The translations under genes and the position numbers were made by a program. DNA of 64,000 nt from Armatimonadota bacterium (GTDB lineage: Bacteria; Armatimonadota; DTGP01; JAKQQT01), in contig DASXUL010000185.1 in assembly GCA_036504855.1 (NCBI GenBank), positions 21,634 to 85,633 on the forward strand, in the 5' to 3' direction. The notes beneath the pieces are model-generated. The model did no database searches and was not told where the DNA came from. It was given only the letters and a program-made list of their open reading frames with translations. Below, in pieces: positions 53,048-63,222 of the stretch; within the stretch, counting starts at the first letter, position 1; each line of letters opens with the position of its first letter.

Positions 53048-53972
53048 GGAAGAGAAGCGGGCGGCCATTGCCGAACGCGTAGAACCAGTTCCAGTCATCG
53101 TCGACACGCGGTGCGGCCCCGTTGAGTACGCGGAGTTCGGAGACGGCCCCGCGGTGGTGGCGCTGCACGGCGCGATGGGAGGCTACGATCACAGCCTGCT
53201 CCTCGCCCGCACGATAGGAGCGGCCGGGTTCCGCTACATCGCCGTCTCCCGTCCCGGCTATCTGGGCTCTCCGCTCGGGTCCAGGAAGTCGCCGGCGCAG
53301 CAGGCGGACCTGTGCGCGGCCCTGCTCGATGCGCTCGGCGTCCCGTCCGCGGCGGTGATGGCTGTCTCCGGCGGAGGCCCCTGCGCGCTGCATTTCGCGA
53401 TGCGCCATCGGGAACGCTGCGGGGGATTAGTGCTGGCTTCCACCTGCGGCCAGAGGAACGTCACTCCCATCCCCTTCTCCTTCCACCTGATGCGGTTTCT
53501 CGTTCGCTGGCCCGCCTTCGAGAGGTCTATGCGCAAGAAGGCCCTGGCGAACATCGGCGCCGCCGCCGCCCGGTCGATTGCCGATCCGGCGGTCCTGGCT
53601 CACACCATGGAAGATTCCGAGGCCGGCCCGCTGTTCACCGAGCTCCTGATGAGCACGTGCGATCGCATGGCCGAGCGGATGCCGGGAACCGAGAACGACA
53701 TCGCCGTCACCCGCACGACGGACTACCCGCTGGAGGAGGTCGCCGTGCCCGCGCTGGTGATCCACGGCACGGCGGACAGGCTGGCGCCCTTCTCTCCGCA
53801 TGCGACGGCGCTTTCCAGTCGCATCCCCGGCGCCGAACTGCTCGCGCTGGAGGGCGGCGAACACGTCGCCATCTTTACCCATCTTCAGGAAGTCAGGCCG
53901 CGCGTAGCGCGCTTCCTGCGTGAGCGCGCCCTGTCTGGCTCCGGCGCCGCGGGGTCCGCCGCCGTGATCTGA
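53040..53972 (+). CDS. Alpha/beta-fold hydrolase
   Basis: 'PAVVALHGAMGG', nucleophile elbow 'VMAVSGGGP', and C-terminal 'PALVIHGTADRL...GGEHVAIF'. Confidence 0.8.
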   Translation: MRKEEKRAAIAERVEPVPVIVDTRCGPVEYAEFGDGPAVVALHGAMGGYDHSLLLARTIGAAGFRYIAVSRPGYLGSPLGSRKSPAQQADLCAALLDALGVPSAAVMAVSGGGPCALHFAMRHRERCGGLVLASTCGQRNVTPIPFSFHLMRFLVRWPAFERSMRKKALANIGAAAARSIADPAVLAHTMEDSEAGPLFTELLMSTCDRMAERMPGTENDIAVTRTTDYPLEEVAVPALVIHGTADRLAPFSPHATALSSRIPGAELLALEGGEHVAIFTHLQEVRPRVARFLRERALSGSGAAGSAAVI

Positions 53973-53988
53973 CCGTGAGACAACCGAA

Positions 53989-56475
53989 ATGAACACGAGA
54001 GCCACGAAAGCGTTTGTGAAGTCCGCCATAGCCCTGGCGGCGCTGGTCGTCTCGGCTGGCGCATGGGCGCGGGAACCCGTCATTCACATCCAGGCCGGCC
54101 GTGTCCTGCATTCGATGACGCGACAGCTTACGGGCGTGTGCATTGAGGATGTGAACCACGAGATCTACGGCGGTCTATACAGCCAGATGATCTTCGGCGA
54201 GAGCTTCCAGGAGCCGGCGCCTCCGGCGCCCATCCGGGGGTTTGCCGCCTATGGCGGGCGCTGGCGCGTTCAGGCCGGCGCGTTGCGCGGCGATGCGTCC
54301 GACGGAGCGAAGCTGGTTTCTAGTCGCCCCGCGTTCTTGGACGGTTCGGTGTCCGCGGAGATGATGTTCCCCGAGGGCCATGGCGAGAACGCCGGGTTGA
54401 TCGTTCGGGTGAGCGGGCCTCGCAACGGCGCGGACGCATTCACCGGGTACGAGGTGTCCCTGGACCCATCGCGGCAGGTGTTGCGCCTGGCGAGGCACCG
54501 CGACGACTACGAGCTCATCCAGGATGTGCCATGCGAGGTCCCCGTGGGGCGATGGTTCCGATTGCAGGTGAAGCTGGCCGGCCCCGTCATTGAGGTCCTC
54601 GTCGACGGAAAGACCGTGCTGACGCGCGACGACGGCCCCCTGGCCCTGAGCGCGGGAACGGTGGGCCTGAGGACGTGGAGGCGCGCGGCCGCTTTCCGGA
54701 ATCTCACTGTGGCAACCGGCGGCGCCACGGAGCCGCTGGCCTTTACAGCGAATAGCGCGGCCGGGGAGGTCAGCGGGATGTGGCGCGCCTTTCAGCGCGG
54801 AACGGCGCGCGGTGTCAATACCCTCGTCGGCAACCAGCCATTTGTGGGACGTCAATCGCAGCAGATCCGTTTCGCATCCGGGGCAGGCGCGGTGGGCATC
54901 GAGAATCAGGGGCTGAACCGATGGGGCATGAGCCTCGTGGCCGGTAAGGCGTATGAAGGGCGCGTGTGGGCTCGGTCGAGTGCTCCTGTCGTTCTGTATG
55001 CGGCTCTGGAAAGCCGCGACGGCTCCCGGGTGTACGCCGAGAAGCCGTTGCGCCTTGCCGCGGGATCCTGGCGAAAGCTGGCGTTTTCGCTAACTCCGAG
55101 CGTTGGAGACAGGGCCGCGCGGTTCTCGCTTAAGATGAAGCGGCCCGGCTCCGTTACGCTGGGTTACGCTTTCCTGCAACCAGGCGGATGGGGCCGGTAC
55201 AAGGGGCTGCCGGTGCGTGGCGATGTTGCCCTGGGGTTGGTCGAGCAGGGCGTCACCGTAATGCGCTACGGCGGCTCCATGGTGAACGCGCCCGACTACC
55301 GATGGAAGACGATGATCGGCCCTCGAGACCGCCGTCCGCCTTACTCCGGAACCTGGTATCCGTATTCCTCGAACGGCTGGGGAATTCCGGATTTCATGAG
55401 CCTCTGCGAAGCCGCGGGCATTGAGTACGTCCCGGACTTCAGCAGTTACGAGAAACCTCAGGACATGGCCGACTTCATCGAGTACGCCAAGGGCCCGGCC
55501 AGCAGCCGGTGGGGGGGCAAGCGCGCAACCGACGGCCATCTCGCCCCCTACAGGCTGAAGTACATCGAGCTGGGCAACGAGGAACGCGTGGACGATCGGT
55601 ACGCCGCCCGATTCGAGGCGCTGGCCAGGGCGATCTGGGCGAAAGACCCGCGGATCACTCTGATCGTTGGCGATTTCCTGTACCGCAAGCGCATCGTGGA
55701 CTCGTTCCAGTTCAGCGGAGCGGACTCGGGCATCACAACGCTTGCCGCCCATCGGCGCATCCTCCGGCTGGCGAAGGAGAACAACCGCGAGGTATGGTTC
55801 GACGTCCACGTGGGCACTGAACGGCCGATGGCCTTCAATGAGGAGCTTGACGGGATGTTCTCGTACGTCGATGCGCTCAGCAGGATCGCCGACGGGGCCA
55901 GGCACAAGGTGGTTGTCTTCGAATACAACGCTCAGAACCACGCCGTGAATCGGGCTTTGGCCAACGCGATCGCCACCCATGCCATTGAGCGCGACGGCCG
56001 CATCCCCATGGTCACTTCCGCCAACGGCCTTCAGCCGGACGGCCAGAACGACAACGGTTGGGACCAGGGCCTGCTGTTTCTGAACCCCTGGCGGGTCTGG
56101 CTGCAGCCGCCGGGTTACGCCGCGCGGATGCTCTCTCGCGCGTACCTTCCCCTTCTGGTCCGATGTGACATGGCCGGCGCGGCGGGCCAACTGGATGTCG
56201 TCGCCAGGCGAAGCATGTCCGGCCGGGCTCTGGGCCTGGAGGCGGTTAACCCTGGAGACGACCCCGTACCAGTGGAGATCCGCCTCTCAGGCTATGTTCC
56301 GCGCAAACCATGGGCGCGCGTAACGGTTCTGGCGGGGCCCCTGGACGCGGTGAACACGGCGGCCAATCCCGGCGCCATCGTTCCGAAGGAACGCGAATGG
56401 ACGCACGGGCTGAAGGATGGGGTAACCCGCTACACGTTCCCGCCGCGCTCTTTCACTGTAATCCGTTTCGAGTGA
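53989..56475 (+). CDS. Secreted glycoside hydrolase, GH51-like (alpha-L-arabinofuranosidase-type TIM barrel) with an inserted DUF1080/LamG-like domain
   Basis: Signal peptide. 'EIYGGLYSQMIFGESFQEP'. DUF1080-like 'GRWRVQAGALRG...AGLIVRVSG...TGYEVSLDP...WFRLQVKLAG'. 'VMRYGGSMVNAPDYRWKTMIGPRD' and 'LKYIELGNEE' (acid/base-type GNE). Confidence 0.55.
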   Translation: MNTRATKAFVKSAIALAALVVSAGAWAREPVIHIQAGRVLHSMTRQLTGVCIEDVNHEIYGGLYSQMIFGESFQEPAPPAPIRGFAAYGGRWRVQAGALRGDASDGAKLVSSRPAFLDGSVSAEMMFPEGHGENAGLIVRVSGPRNGADAFTGYEVSLDPSRQVLRLARHRDDYELIQDVPCEVPVGRWFRLQVKLAGPVIEVLVDGKTVLTRDDGPLALSAGTVGLRTWRRAAAFRNLTVATGGATEPLAFTANSAAGEVSGMWRAFQRGTARGVNTLVGNQPFVGRQSQQIRFASGAGAVGIENQGLNRWGMSLVAGKAYEGRVWARSSAPVVLYAALESRDGSRVYAEKPLRLAAGSWRKLAFSLTPSVGDRAARFSLKMKRPGSVTLGYAFLQPGGWGRYKGLPVRGDVALGLVEQGVTVMRYGGSMVNAPDYRWKTMIGPRDRRPPYSGTWYPYSSNGWGIPDFMSLCEAAGIEYVPDFSSYEKPQDMADFIEYAKGPASSRWGGKRATDGHLAPYRLKYIELGNEERVDDRYAARFEALARAIWAKDPRITLIVGDFLYRKRIVDSFQFSGADSGITTLAAHRRILRLAKENNREVWFDVHVGTERPMAFNEELDGMFSYVDALSRIADGARHKVVVFEYNAQNHAVNRALANAIATHAIERDGRIPMVTSANGLQPDGQNDNGWDQGLLFLNPWRVWLQPPGYAARMLSRAYLPLLVRCDMAGAAGQLDVVARRSMSGRALGLEAVNPGDDPVPVEIRLSGYVPRKPWARVTVLAGPLDAVNTAANPGAIVPKEREWTHGLKDGVTRYTFPPRSFTVIRFE

Positions 56476-56587
56476 CCGCCCCGGGTGCCGGAAGGGCCGC
56501 GCGATCATCGAGTGGGCTCACCTGTCGGGTCTGCCAATACGCGTTTTGCTATCGCGTCCTTGCCCGCGTTCTGTTCCGGGAGGCCGA

Positions 56588-57676
56588 TTACGCAGCGGCG
56601 CGCACGCGTCGCCGCGCCGGCGTGCGGCGAACCGGGGCCGGAAGCGTTCGGCGGGCGCGCAGGGGCTGGGGCCGGAGCTTCGTCGTCGTGGCAGCGGGCG
56701 GGGCAATCCACTGAGCCAGCGCGCGGCTAACGGCGGGATCTTCCTTGACGGCGCCATCCACGCGGATGAGTTTTCCGGAGTAGCCCACGAGGAGCCATGC
56801 GCCCTGCTTCTCGAACGTCAGGTCCAGCCGTCCAAGGCGCACGCCGTATGCGCCGGCTTGCACGATGGGAACTCTGCTTCCGTTGGGGCTGATGACAACG
56901 ATCGGCGCCGGCACAAACGTGTGAGAGTCGCCGCCGATGATGGCGTCAATGCCCGCAACCCGCGCCGCGAGTTGCTTATCCAGATCGACTCCGATGTGGG
57001 TGACGGCGATCAGAACGTCGCATTCCTTGCGGGCGATCGGCGCCCACTGGGTTGCCGCTTCGATCGGGTCGCCAATCGTCCAGCCCTTCGTCTGTGGGTA
57101 GTCCTTTGATCTGGGCGCCGTCAGGCCGAGGAAGCCGACGCGCATGGCGCCGTAACGCCGGACGATGAAAGGGCGGATTCCCTCAACGGGAACGCCGGTC
57201 TCTCCCACCGTGAGGTTCGCGCACAGCCAAGGGAATCGGCTCTGCCGCATCAATCCCAGAAGAATCGCCTGGGAGTCCGCGCCCGCCGTGGCTTTGAACT
57301 CGTTGTTGCCGATGCACGCCATGTCATAGCCCATCTGGTTGTAGGCTTCGATCTCGGGGGTTCCGAAGAACGATTTGTGCCACGGGCCGCGGGTGAACAG
57401 GTCGCCGGCATCGATCACCGCGAGAGGGTGGGTGGTCGTTCTGCGTAGCGCGGTAATCATCGTGGCCCGCCGGGCCAGCCCTCCGGCGTCTGGCGCCGCG
57501 AAGCGGCCATCCACGAACTCGCTTTGCGTGAACCGGGCGTTGGACGTCTGATAGTCGAACGGCATCATCCAGCCATGCAGGTCGTTGGTGTGGGCGATGG
57601 TGAGTTGCCACTTCTCCCCGGCCGAAGAGACGGCGGAGATGGCGAGCAACAGGATGCCGAGGATGAGTTTTCGCAT
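56588..57676 (-). CDS. Secreted metallophosphoesterase / 5'-nucleotidase family protein (C-terminal domain appears short)
   Basis: Signal 'MRKLILGILLLAISAVSSA'. 'LTIAHTNDLHG', 'IDAGDLF', 'CIGNNEF', and 'VTHIGVD'. The Arg-rich tail 'RARRTLPAPVRRTPARRRVRAAA' looks non-native. Confidence 0.75.
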   Translation of the reverse strand: MRKLILGILLLAISAVSSAGEKWQLTIAHTNDLHGWMMPFDYQTSNARFTQSEFVDGRFAAPDAGGLARRATMITALRRTTTHPLAVIDAGDLFTRGPWHKSFFGTPEIEAYNQMGYDMACIGNNEFKATAGADSQAILLGLMRQSRFPWLCANLTVGETGVPVEGIRPFIVRRYGAMRVGFLGLTAPRSKDYPQTKGWTIGDPIEAATQWAPIARKECDVLIAVTHIGVDLDKQLAARVAGIDAIIGGDSHTFVPAPIVVISPNGSRVPIVQAGAYGVRLGRLDLTFEKQGAWLLVGYSGKLIRVDGAVKEDPAVSRALAQWIAPPAATTTKLRPQPLRARRTLPAPVRRTPARRRVRAAA

Positions 57677-57943
57677 GGGCCTTTCTTTCTGTCGATGAGA
57701 GCGGGAGAGGCGCCTCGGCGATGAAGCGTATGGGCGGCGGACCTACGAAGCGCCACCCCACAGCTACATAGGCGGGGACGATATATCAGTGTGCTGGCCC
57801 GGTTGTCGCGGAGGCAAATCACGAGCGTGCGTGCGGCGCCGGGTACTCGTCAAGTAACCGGCATCGGGCGGCGGCGTGACGATCGGCCGAGCGGCCGCCG
57901 GAGGATGCCTGACGCCTGATGCACGGAACGGGCGGGTATCGTG

Positions 57944-60640
57944 TCAGCGCGCCGCGGATGGGCTGGGCAGGGCGGGGGCATCGTGTTGGTGGGGCGAACG
58001 GGCGTCGCGGAGATCGGCCGGCGGCGCCATGGTCTGGCGGGCGTGGATGAAGGTCTCAACCATCGCCGGGTCCCACTGGGAGCCGGCGCCGTTGCGGAGC
58101 GTCTGAAGGGCTTCGTCTGGCTCCAGTGCGCGCCGGTAGGGCCGGTGAGTGGTCATCGCGCTGAACGCGTCCGCAACGGCCAGGAGGCGGGCGATGGGGG
58201 GGATCTCCATTCGGGAGAGGCGGCCCGGGTAGCCCCGGCCATCCCACCGCTCGTGATGATATCGGATGCCGTCTTCCACCGGCGTTCCGGCGTCCAGCGG
58301 GCGGGCCAGCACGTATCCTACCTCGGGGTGGCGCTGCATGGCCTCGGTTTCTTCATGGGTGAAGCTGCCCGGTTTGCGGAGCAGGTGCTCCGGCACGCCC
58401 ACCTTCCCCATGTCATGCAGAAGGGCGGCGATGCGAACGGCCTGGAGATCGTCGCCCGACCATCCGAGCGCCTCGGCCATGGCGAGGGCATACCGGGTAA
58501 CATCCTCCGAATGGCGGCGCGTGTATCGGTCGCGCTGGTCCAGGGAGGTCACCAGAGCGTCCAGAGCGGCGAAGGCGGGTATGCCAACCAGGCCCGAGCG
58601 CAGGTCGACGCCATCTCCAATATCCGGGCCGCGATGTTGTTTGGCTCGGTAGAGGTCGGCGTCGGCAAGCGCCAGAAGGTCTTTCCGGTTGATGGCGTCG
58701 TCCGGGCAGACGGCGAGGCCGTAGGTGATGCGCAGCGGCGTCTCGCCGGCCTCACTCTCAAAGCCGCCTTCGTACAGTGACGAACGGATGCGCTCTCCGA
58801 TCTGTGCGGCAGTATCACGGTCTGCCCCGGGCAGGACGAGGACGAACTCGTCGCCTCCGTATCGCCCGGCCAGGTCGAAGTCGCGGATACACGCGAGGAG
58901 CGTTGACGCCACGTGGCGCAGCACTTCGTCGCCGACCGGATGGCCGAAGGTGTCGTTGAAGATCTTGAAATCGTTCAGGTCCAGCATCATTGCGGCCAGC
59001 GGGCGGCCATCGCGGCGCGATCTGCTGATCTCCGTGGCCAGGCGCTGGTGCATCGCCCGATGGTTGAGCAGGCCCGTTAGGGGGTCGCGATCGGCAGCGG
59101 CGGCAGCCTCCTCGTGGACGCGGGCGTTATGGAGCGCCGCTTCCAGTTCCATGCCTACAGAGTCGATGAGCTCGTTGTCCTCATCCGTGAAATCATAGGT
59201 GTGGCGCCAGACGACTATTAGCGCGAGCGGCTCCGCTTTGCTGCCGGCGATGCCCAAGAGGGAGTACAGGCCCGGCTCAAGCTCCGGCGCCAGCCGGTCG
59301 GTTCTCCACTGGCTCACTCTCTCGGCGATGCTGGGCAACGGCGCCGCGTTTCCAGCAACGCAAGATGGCTCGTCGCGGCCGTCCACGAAGATACATCCGC
59401 CCTCTGCGCGAAGGGCGTCCACCGTGCCCTTCAGGCATAGGTCCAGCACTTCGGACTCGTCCAGGGTGGCGCGGGTGGCCGCCGCGATGGAGTGCACGGC
59501 CCGGAGGTAGCGGGTTCGCCGCTCAACCGTTTCCTCGAGTTCCGAGTTGAAGCCCCGGAGGCGATTGGAGTACGCGACATTCTGGCGCAGAAGGCGCGAT
59601 GACTGGAACATGGCCGCCCACTGGCGCGCCAGGTAGGCGGCCATCAGAGCGCCGGCTACTGAGAGGCTGACCGGGCCGACAAACCCGTGCGCCGCCACCT
59701 CGCAGAGGAGGATAAGCAGCGTCGATCCCACCGTAACCACCGTGGCCGCGAACGACCATGCCGGCTCTACGCGCGTCGTGGGGACCTGAGCGGGGGCCTC
59801 CACCGGCGCCTCCGCCTCAAGGATGCCAAGGAGGAGCTGCAGCATGCCGATGGCCCAGAGCGCGCCGGCCAGGGTAAACCCGCCGCCCCAAAGCATCTTG
59901 ATGGCGCAGCAGTCTACAACGTCTCCCACGACGATGAGGACGATGGCCGTCGCCAGGTGGCCGGCGGATCTGAGGGGTTGGCATTGCCCGCCGACCTGGT
60001 GAACCAGAACGACGGAGGCGAGCACCATCAGCGCGTCCTCAACCACGTAGATCACTTCGAAATGAGGGACATGGAACGGCAGTGAGCCGATGGTCGCAAT
60101 GGGGCCCAGCACCACGCACCATGCGACCGCGACACACGAGGCCAGAACGAGGGCAACGTCGGCCGCGGCTACGCGAACGAGACGGATCCGCGGAGCGCCC
60201 GCGAACCACAGGAGGGAGATGAGGAACAGCAGATTGGCGAGGGTGAACCCGATGGCCGAGAGAGCCAGCGCGGCCCCAGGCGCGAATCGCCCGGTGTGGC
60301 CCGCCGCGCCGAAGCCGTCCGCAAGGCCATACAGCACGGCGCCGGCGCCCAGCGCGCTCCACTGGGGCACGCCGGTCCGGATCCGCGCGAAGCAAGAGGC
60401 CCCCGCGCAGATGGCCGCCAATGCAACCGGCGCGGCCAGGGCCAGGGCATACCGCGCCTCTACCCGGCCCATTCCGCACGAAGCGACGACGTAGACGATG
60501 AGGAGGAGGCAGGCGAAAGCGAGGGCGGCGTATCGCGCCGCGCTGGAATAGCGCGGGCCTTCCCCCTGAGAAGCGCTTGGGCCGGCGCCGATTGTCAGTT
60601 GCGTAAACGGTATCGTAGCCACGGATACGTTGTACCGCAT
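57944..60640 (-). CDS. Polytopic membrane sensor with GAF-like linker, GGDEF diguanylate cyclase and HD-GYP phosphodiesterase domains
   Basis: About 9 hydrophobic segments at the N-terminus. 'DPLTGLLNHRAM', I-site-like 'RDFD' five residues before 'GGDEF', then 'HSEDVTRYA...ALLHDMGKVGVP...HHERWDGRGYPGRL' (HD-GYP). Confidence 0.88.
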   Translation of the reverse strand: MRYNVSVATIPFTQLTIGAGPSASQGEGPRYSSAARYAALAFACLLLIVYVVASCGMGRVEARYALALAAPVALAAICAGASCFARIRTGVPQWSALGAGAVLYGLADGFGAAGHTGRFAPGAALALSAIGFTLANLLFLISLLWFAGAPRIRLVRVAAADVALVLASCVAVAWCVVLGPIATIGSLPFHVPHFEVIYVVEDALMVLASVVLVHQVGGQCQPLRSAGHLATAIVLIVVGDVVDCCAIKMLWGGGFTLAGALWAIGMLQLLLGILEAEAPVEAPAQVPTTRVEPAWSFAATVVTVGSTLLILLCEVAAHGFVGPVSLSVAGALMAAYLARQWAAMFQSSRLLRQNVAYSNRLRGFNSELEETVERRTRYLRAVHSIAAATRATLDESEVLDLCLKGTVDALRAEGGCIFVDGRDEPSCVAGNAAPLPSIAERVSQWRTDRLAPELEPGLYSLLGIAGSKAEPLALIVVWRHTYDFTDEDNELIDSVGMELEAALHNARVHEEAAAAADRDPLTGLLNHRAMHQRLATEISRSRRDGRPLAAMMLDLNDFKIFNDTFGHPVGDEVLRHVASTLLACIRDFDLAGRYGGDEFVLVLPGADRDTAAQIGERIRSSLYEGGFESEAGETPLRITYGLAVCPDDAINRKDLLALADADLYRAKQHRGPDIGDGVDLRSGLVGIPAFAALDALVTSLDQRDRYTRRHSEDVTRYALAMAEALGWSGDDLQAVRIAALLHDMGKVGVPEHLLRKPGSFTHEETEAMQRHPEVGYVLARPLDAGTPVEDGIRYHHERWDGRGYPGRLSRMEIPPIARLLAVADAFSAMTTHRPYRRALEPDEALQTLRNGAGSQWDPAMVETFIHARQTMAPPADLRDARSPHQHDAPALPSPSAAR

Positions 60641-61059
60641 GCGACCGCGTTTGTACGGCGTTATTTGGGCGGCGTTTGGCTGACGGGCGAGATGCCGCGG
60701 TATTCCGCTTCGACAGGACAGGAGCGCGACCGTTTCGCTCTCGCCGACCCCCGCATCGCCGGGTCACGTAAAGCGTCACCTTCAAGGGCGCCCTCCCAGA
60801 CGAACCCCGCCGCGAACGCGCCGGCCAGCAGGGCCAGTTTCGTGGCCGGGAGCCATAGCGGATCGCGCCGCCGGCGGTGCGCCAGAGGATGTTCGGAAGC
60901 AGCGAAACGCACAGAGTCAACGCCCAGGCGAGCGCAACCGTCAACCTCGGAGCGGGCGCCGTCCCGCGCCCTGCCTCCCCCATGCGGACAGCGGTTTCCG
61001 CCATGGTCTGTAGGCTCGTTACGATCTGTACGAGCGACCGAGCGCACGCCATCGCCCCA

Positions 61060-61731
61060 TCAAGTTTCCAGCGGTCCCGCGTTGAGCTCTTTTCGGGCTG
61101 CCTCAAGGGCGGCGTGCAGGGCCGCCCAATTGAAGCCGAGAGTGAGCGATGGAAGGCTTCGCCACTGCGGGTTGGCCGGCGGCCGCCGAAAGCGAGCCTT
61201 CACCCACTGATACATCGTGGCCTGAAGCTCTGGAGTATCCAGCATGGCGTTCGCGGCCACGGAGATGCGGTTTCGATATGGTCCGGCTTTCCACGCCAGC
61301 GAGAACATCGGCACGTCGTGATACAATACCGACCGGAGCGCGAGGCCGTGCTCACGTGCGTAGGGATGGAGTTCGCTCAGCGCGAGCGCGGATTCGCTGG
61401 ATATCGGGAAAGCAGAGGTAAACGCCGGGGCGAATCCGCTCGGCCATCTGGTGTCGGCATCGTACATGGCCGTCTCCAGGTTGGCGTTCAAGAGATCGGC
61501 GGAAGAGAGGTCCGCTCCGGTGAGGTTGGCGGATGTCAGATTGGCGCGGCGAAGATTCGCGCCGCGCAGATCGGCTCGGTCGAGCCGGGCCCAGCGCAGG
61601 CTGGCGCGGCGGAGGTCCGCTCCGCGCAGCGCGGCTCCCGACAGATTGGCGCCGGTCAGCTCGGCGCCTGCCAGCGTCCGGGTACCCACATTCAGAAGCT
61701 CTCGCTTGCCGGATACGTCGAAAATCCTCAT
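61060..61731 (-). CDS. Pentapeptide-repeat protein with an unrelated C-terminal domain
   Basis: '[65 protein letters not shown]' is A(D/N)LXX repeats, followed by ~120 aa of unknown fold. Confidence 0.8.
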   Translation of the reverse strand: MRIFDVSGKRELLNVGTRTLAGAELTGANLSGAALRGADLRRASLRWARLDRADLRGANLRRANLTSANLTGADLSSADLLNANLETAMYDADTRWPSGFAPAFTSAFPISSESALALSELHPYAREHGLALRSVLYHDVPMFSLAWKAGPYRNRISVAANAMLDTPELQATMYQWVKARFRRPPANPQWRSLPSLTLGFNWAALHAALEAARKELNAGPLET

Positions 61732-61853
61732 CGTGGCGGCCCTCCCACCCGAGACCCACGGTCGCCAGGGCGCCCGGCCTGTTGGACCGGCGCCGGTAGC
61801 CCGCTACATTATGTCGTAACGAGTCGGCCTATCGAGAGCGAGGAGCGTGCGCC

Positions 61854-62393
61854 ATGGCGTTGCATGTGACGACGATGGTAGCGATCGCCGGATTCGCGGC
61901 GGGAGCGGTGGGGGCGATCGTCGCCGCCCGCCGCGGGAAAGACGGGAAGACCGTGGCTGCAGCCGGCGGCCTCATGGCCACGGTCGCCGCCATCGGCTTC
62001 TTCGTCACCTTTGCGCTTGCCCGGCCGGAACAGCGGGCCGTGCAGTGGGGCGTGTTGTGCCTCTTCGTCGCCGGGCTTGCCGCAGTCGCCGTCGGCGTGT
62101 TGGCGGACCATTGGGAGAAGCTACGCCAGCGGTGGACGGCCAGCGGGGGCGCGTTTGGCCTTCGCGAGGTCGCGAAGGGGCATCAATTCTGGTTCATGTG
62201 GCTGCTGTGCCTCATTGGAACAGGTTCCCGCTGCGTTTCGCAGGGAAGGCCAATTAGCCAGTGGATCGACCACGACGTGCCCGCCCTGGGCGTGATGGTC
62301 ATCCTCTATAGCGTGCTGCTCTCCACCGACCTCTGCCTTGTGCGGCGGTGGAGCCGTGAGCGGGCCGGTGGAGATGCTTTGCCCGGCGGATGA
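61854..62393 (+). CDS. Hypothetical membrane protein (paralog 1)
   Basis: 179 aa with 4-5 hydrophobic segments. Shares the pattern 'G..GA..AARRG...V.A.G..AT.A..G.F...A.PE.R...H.E.LR..W.SGG..G.R' with the partial ORF at 63516. Confidence 0.55.
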   Translation: MALHVTTMVAIAGFAAGAVGAIVAARRGKDGKTVAAAGGLMATVAAIGFFVTFALARPEQRAVQWGVLCLFVAGLAAVAVGVLADHWEKLRQRWTASGGAFGLREVAKGHQFWFMWLLCLIGTGSRCVSQGRPISQWIDHDVPALGVMVILYSVLLSTDLCLVRRWSRERAGGDALPGG

Positions 62394-62489
62394 GGGCACG
62401 GGTAGACGGCCCGGCGACCGAAGTCGCGGGCAACGACGGGCACGAAGTCACCCTGCGGCGACTGCGAGAGGCCCAGGCGCGTTCTCATC

Positions 62490-62517
62490 GTGGGACGTGG
62501 GACGTGGGTCGTGGGTC
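62490..62517. repeat. Tandem heptamers GTGGGAC x2 and GTGGGTC x2
   Basis: 'gtgggac gtgggac gtgggtc gtgggtc' ends 3 nt before the parE stop codon region, between convergent genes. Confidence 0.6.
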
Positions 62518-62519
62518 GG

Positions 62520-62837
62520 CTACTCATCTTCCAGGGCCAGATGGTCCAGGTCTCTGGCGCTGTGCAGCACCCTCAGTACATCCAACCCGTTCGAAGTGGG
62601 GCGGTAGAAGATAACGTGCATCTGGAAGCCCGGCACGGAGAGACGGCGGATGCCGGTGAGTTCATCGCGCAAAGAGCGGTAGACATGGCCCGCCTGCGGC
62701 ATTTCCAAGAGCAACGCGAAAGCTGCTTCTGTCGCACTCAGGAAACGGAGCGCCGAATCCGGATCGTCTTGTGCGATGTACTGAGCTAGCTCACGCAAGT
62801 CGTCTCTGGCCTTCGGTCGGATGCCCGTGCGCAGCAT
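62520..62837 (-). CDS. parE: ParE/RelE-family type II toxin
   Basis: 'IRPKARDDLRELAQYIAQDDPDSALRFLSATEAAFALLLEMPQAG...VPGFQMHVIFYRPTSNGLDVLRVLHSARDL' is a typical ParE layout. Lies 5 nt after the parD stop. Confidence 0.85.
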   Translation of the reverse strand: MLRTGIRPKARDDLRELAQYIAQDDPDSALRFLSATEAAFALLLEMPQAGHVYRSLRDELTGIRRLSVPGFQMHVIFYRPTSNGLDVLRVLHSARDLDHLALEDE

Positions 62838-62842
62838 CACCC

Positions 62843-63103
62843 TTACTCCCCGTTCAGACGAGCCGTCTGTTGGCGGACGATGTCGCGCAACTGCTTCCAA
62901 TCTGCTGGTCCCATCGGCGCTGCGTCGCCGCTGTTCAGGCCTTCCAGCAGTAGGGCATCAAGACGCTCCTTCTCTCGCCGGCGCTGGTCCTCCCGTACGA
63001 GCGCGCGGAAGTACTCGCTGGTTGTGCTGTAGCCGCCGGTCTCGACCTGAGACTCCACGTACTCCTTCATCGTGTCCGGCAGCGAGATATTCATCGTCGC
63101 CAT
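62843..63103 (-). CDS. parD: ParD-family RHH antitoxin
   Basis: 'MATMNISLPDTMKEYVESQVETGGYSTTSEYFRALVREDQRR' is a canonical ParD/CopG-like N-terminus. The ORF-track start at 63316 was trimmed. Confidence 0.85.
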   Translation of the reverse strand: MATMNISLPDTMKEYVESQVETGGYSTTSEYFRALVREDQRRREKERLDALLLEGLNSGDAAPMGPADWKQLRDIVRQQTARLNGE

Positions 63104-63222
63104 GGCGTTTGCCTCCACCACCCAGCGTAGCGCGGATAGCGGGATTTGGCAAAGATTGCCAAATCCCGGCCATGGTTGAGCGGGCGTCCATGGCCAAGTC
63201 CTCCTGCGGAGACTGCAACCGG

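Noticed and set aside
56588-56720. Suspected frameshift truncating the 5'-nucleotidase C-terminal domain (Arg-rich tail).
   Set aside because: Neither alternative frame downstream shows nucleotidase-like sequence, so a simple frameshift cannot be demonstrated. The ORF was kept as called, with a note.
60661-61047. Possible membrane-protein gene in the 420-bp gap upstream of the GGDEF/HD-GYP gene. Protein-like pieces 'LTVALAWALTLCVSLLPNILW' and 'LWLPATKLALLAGAFAAGFVWEG' appear in two different minus-strand frames.
   Set aside because: It needs a frameshift to join, has no RBS or family motif, and could be a decayed fragment. There is too little support to call a feature.
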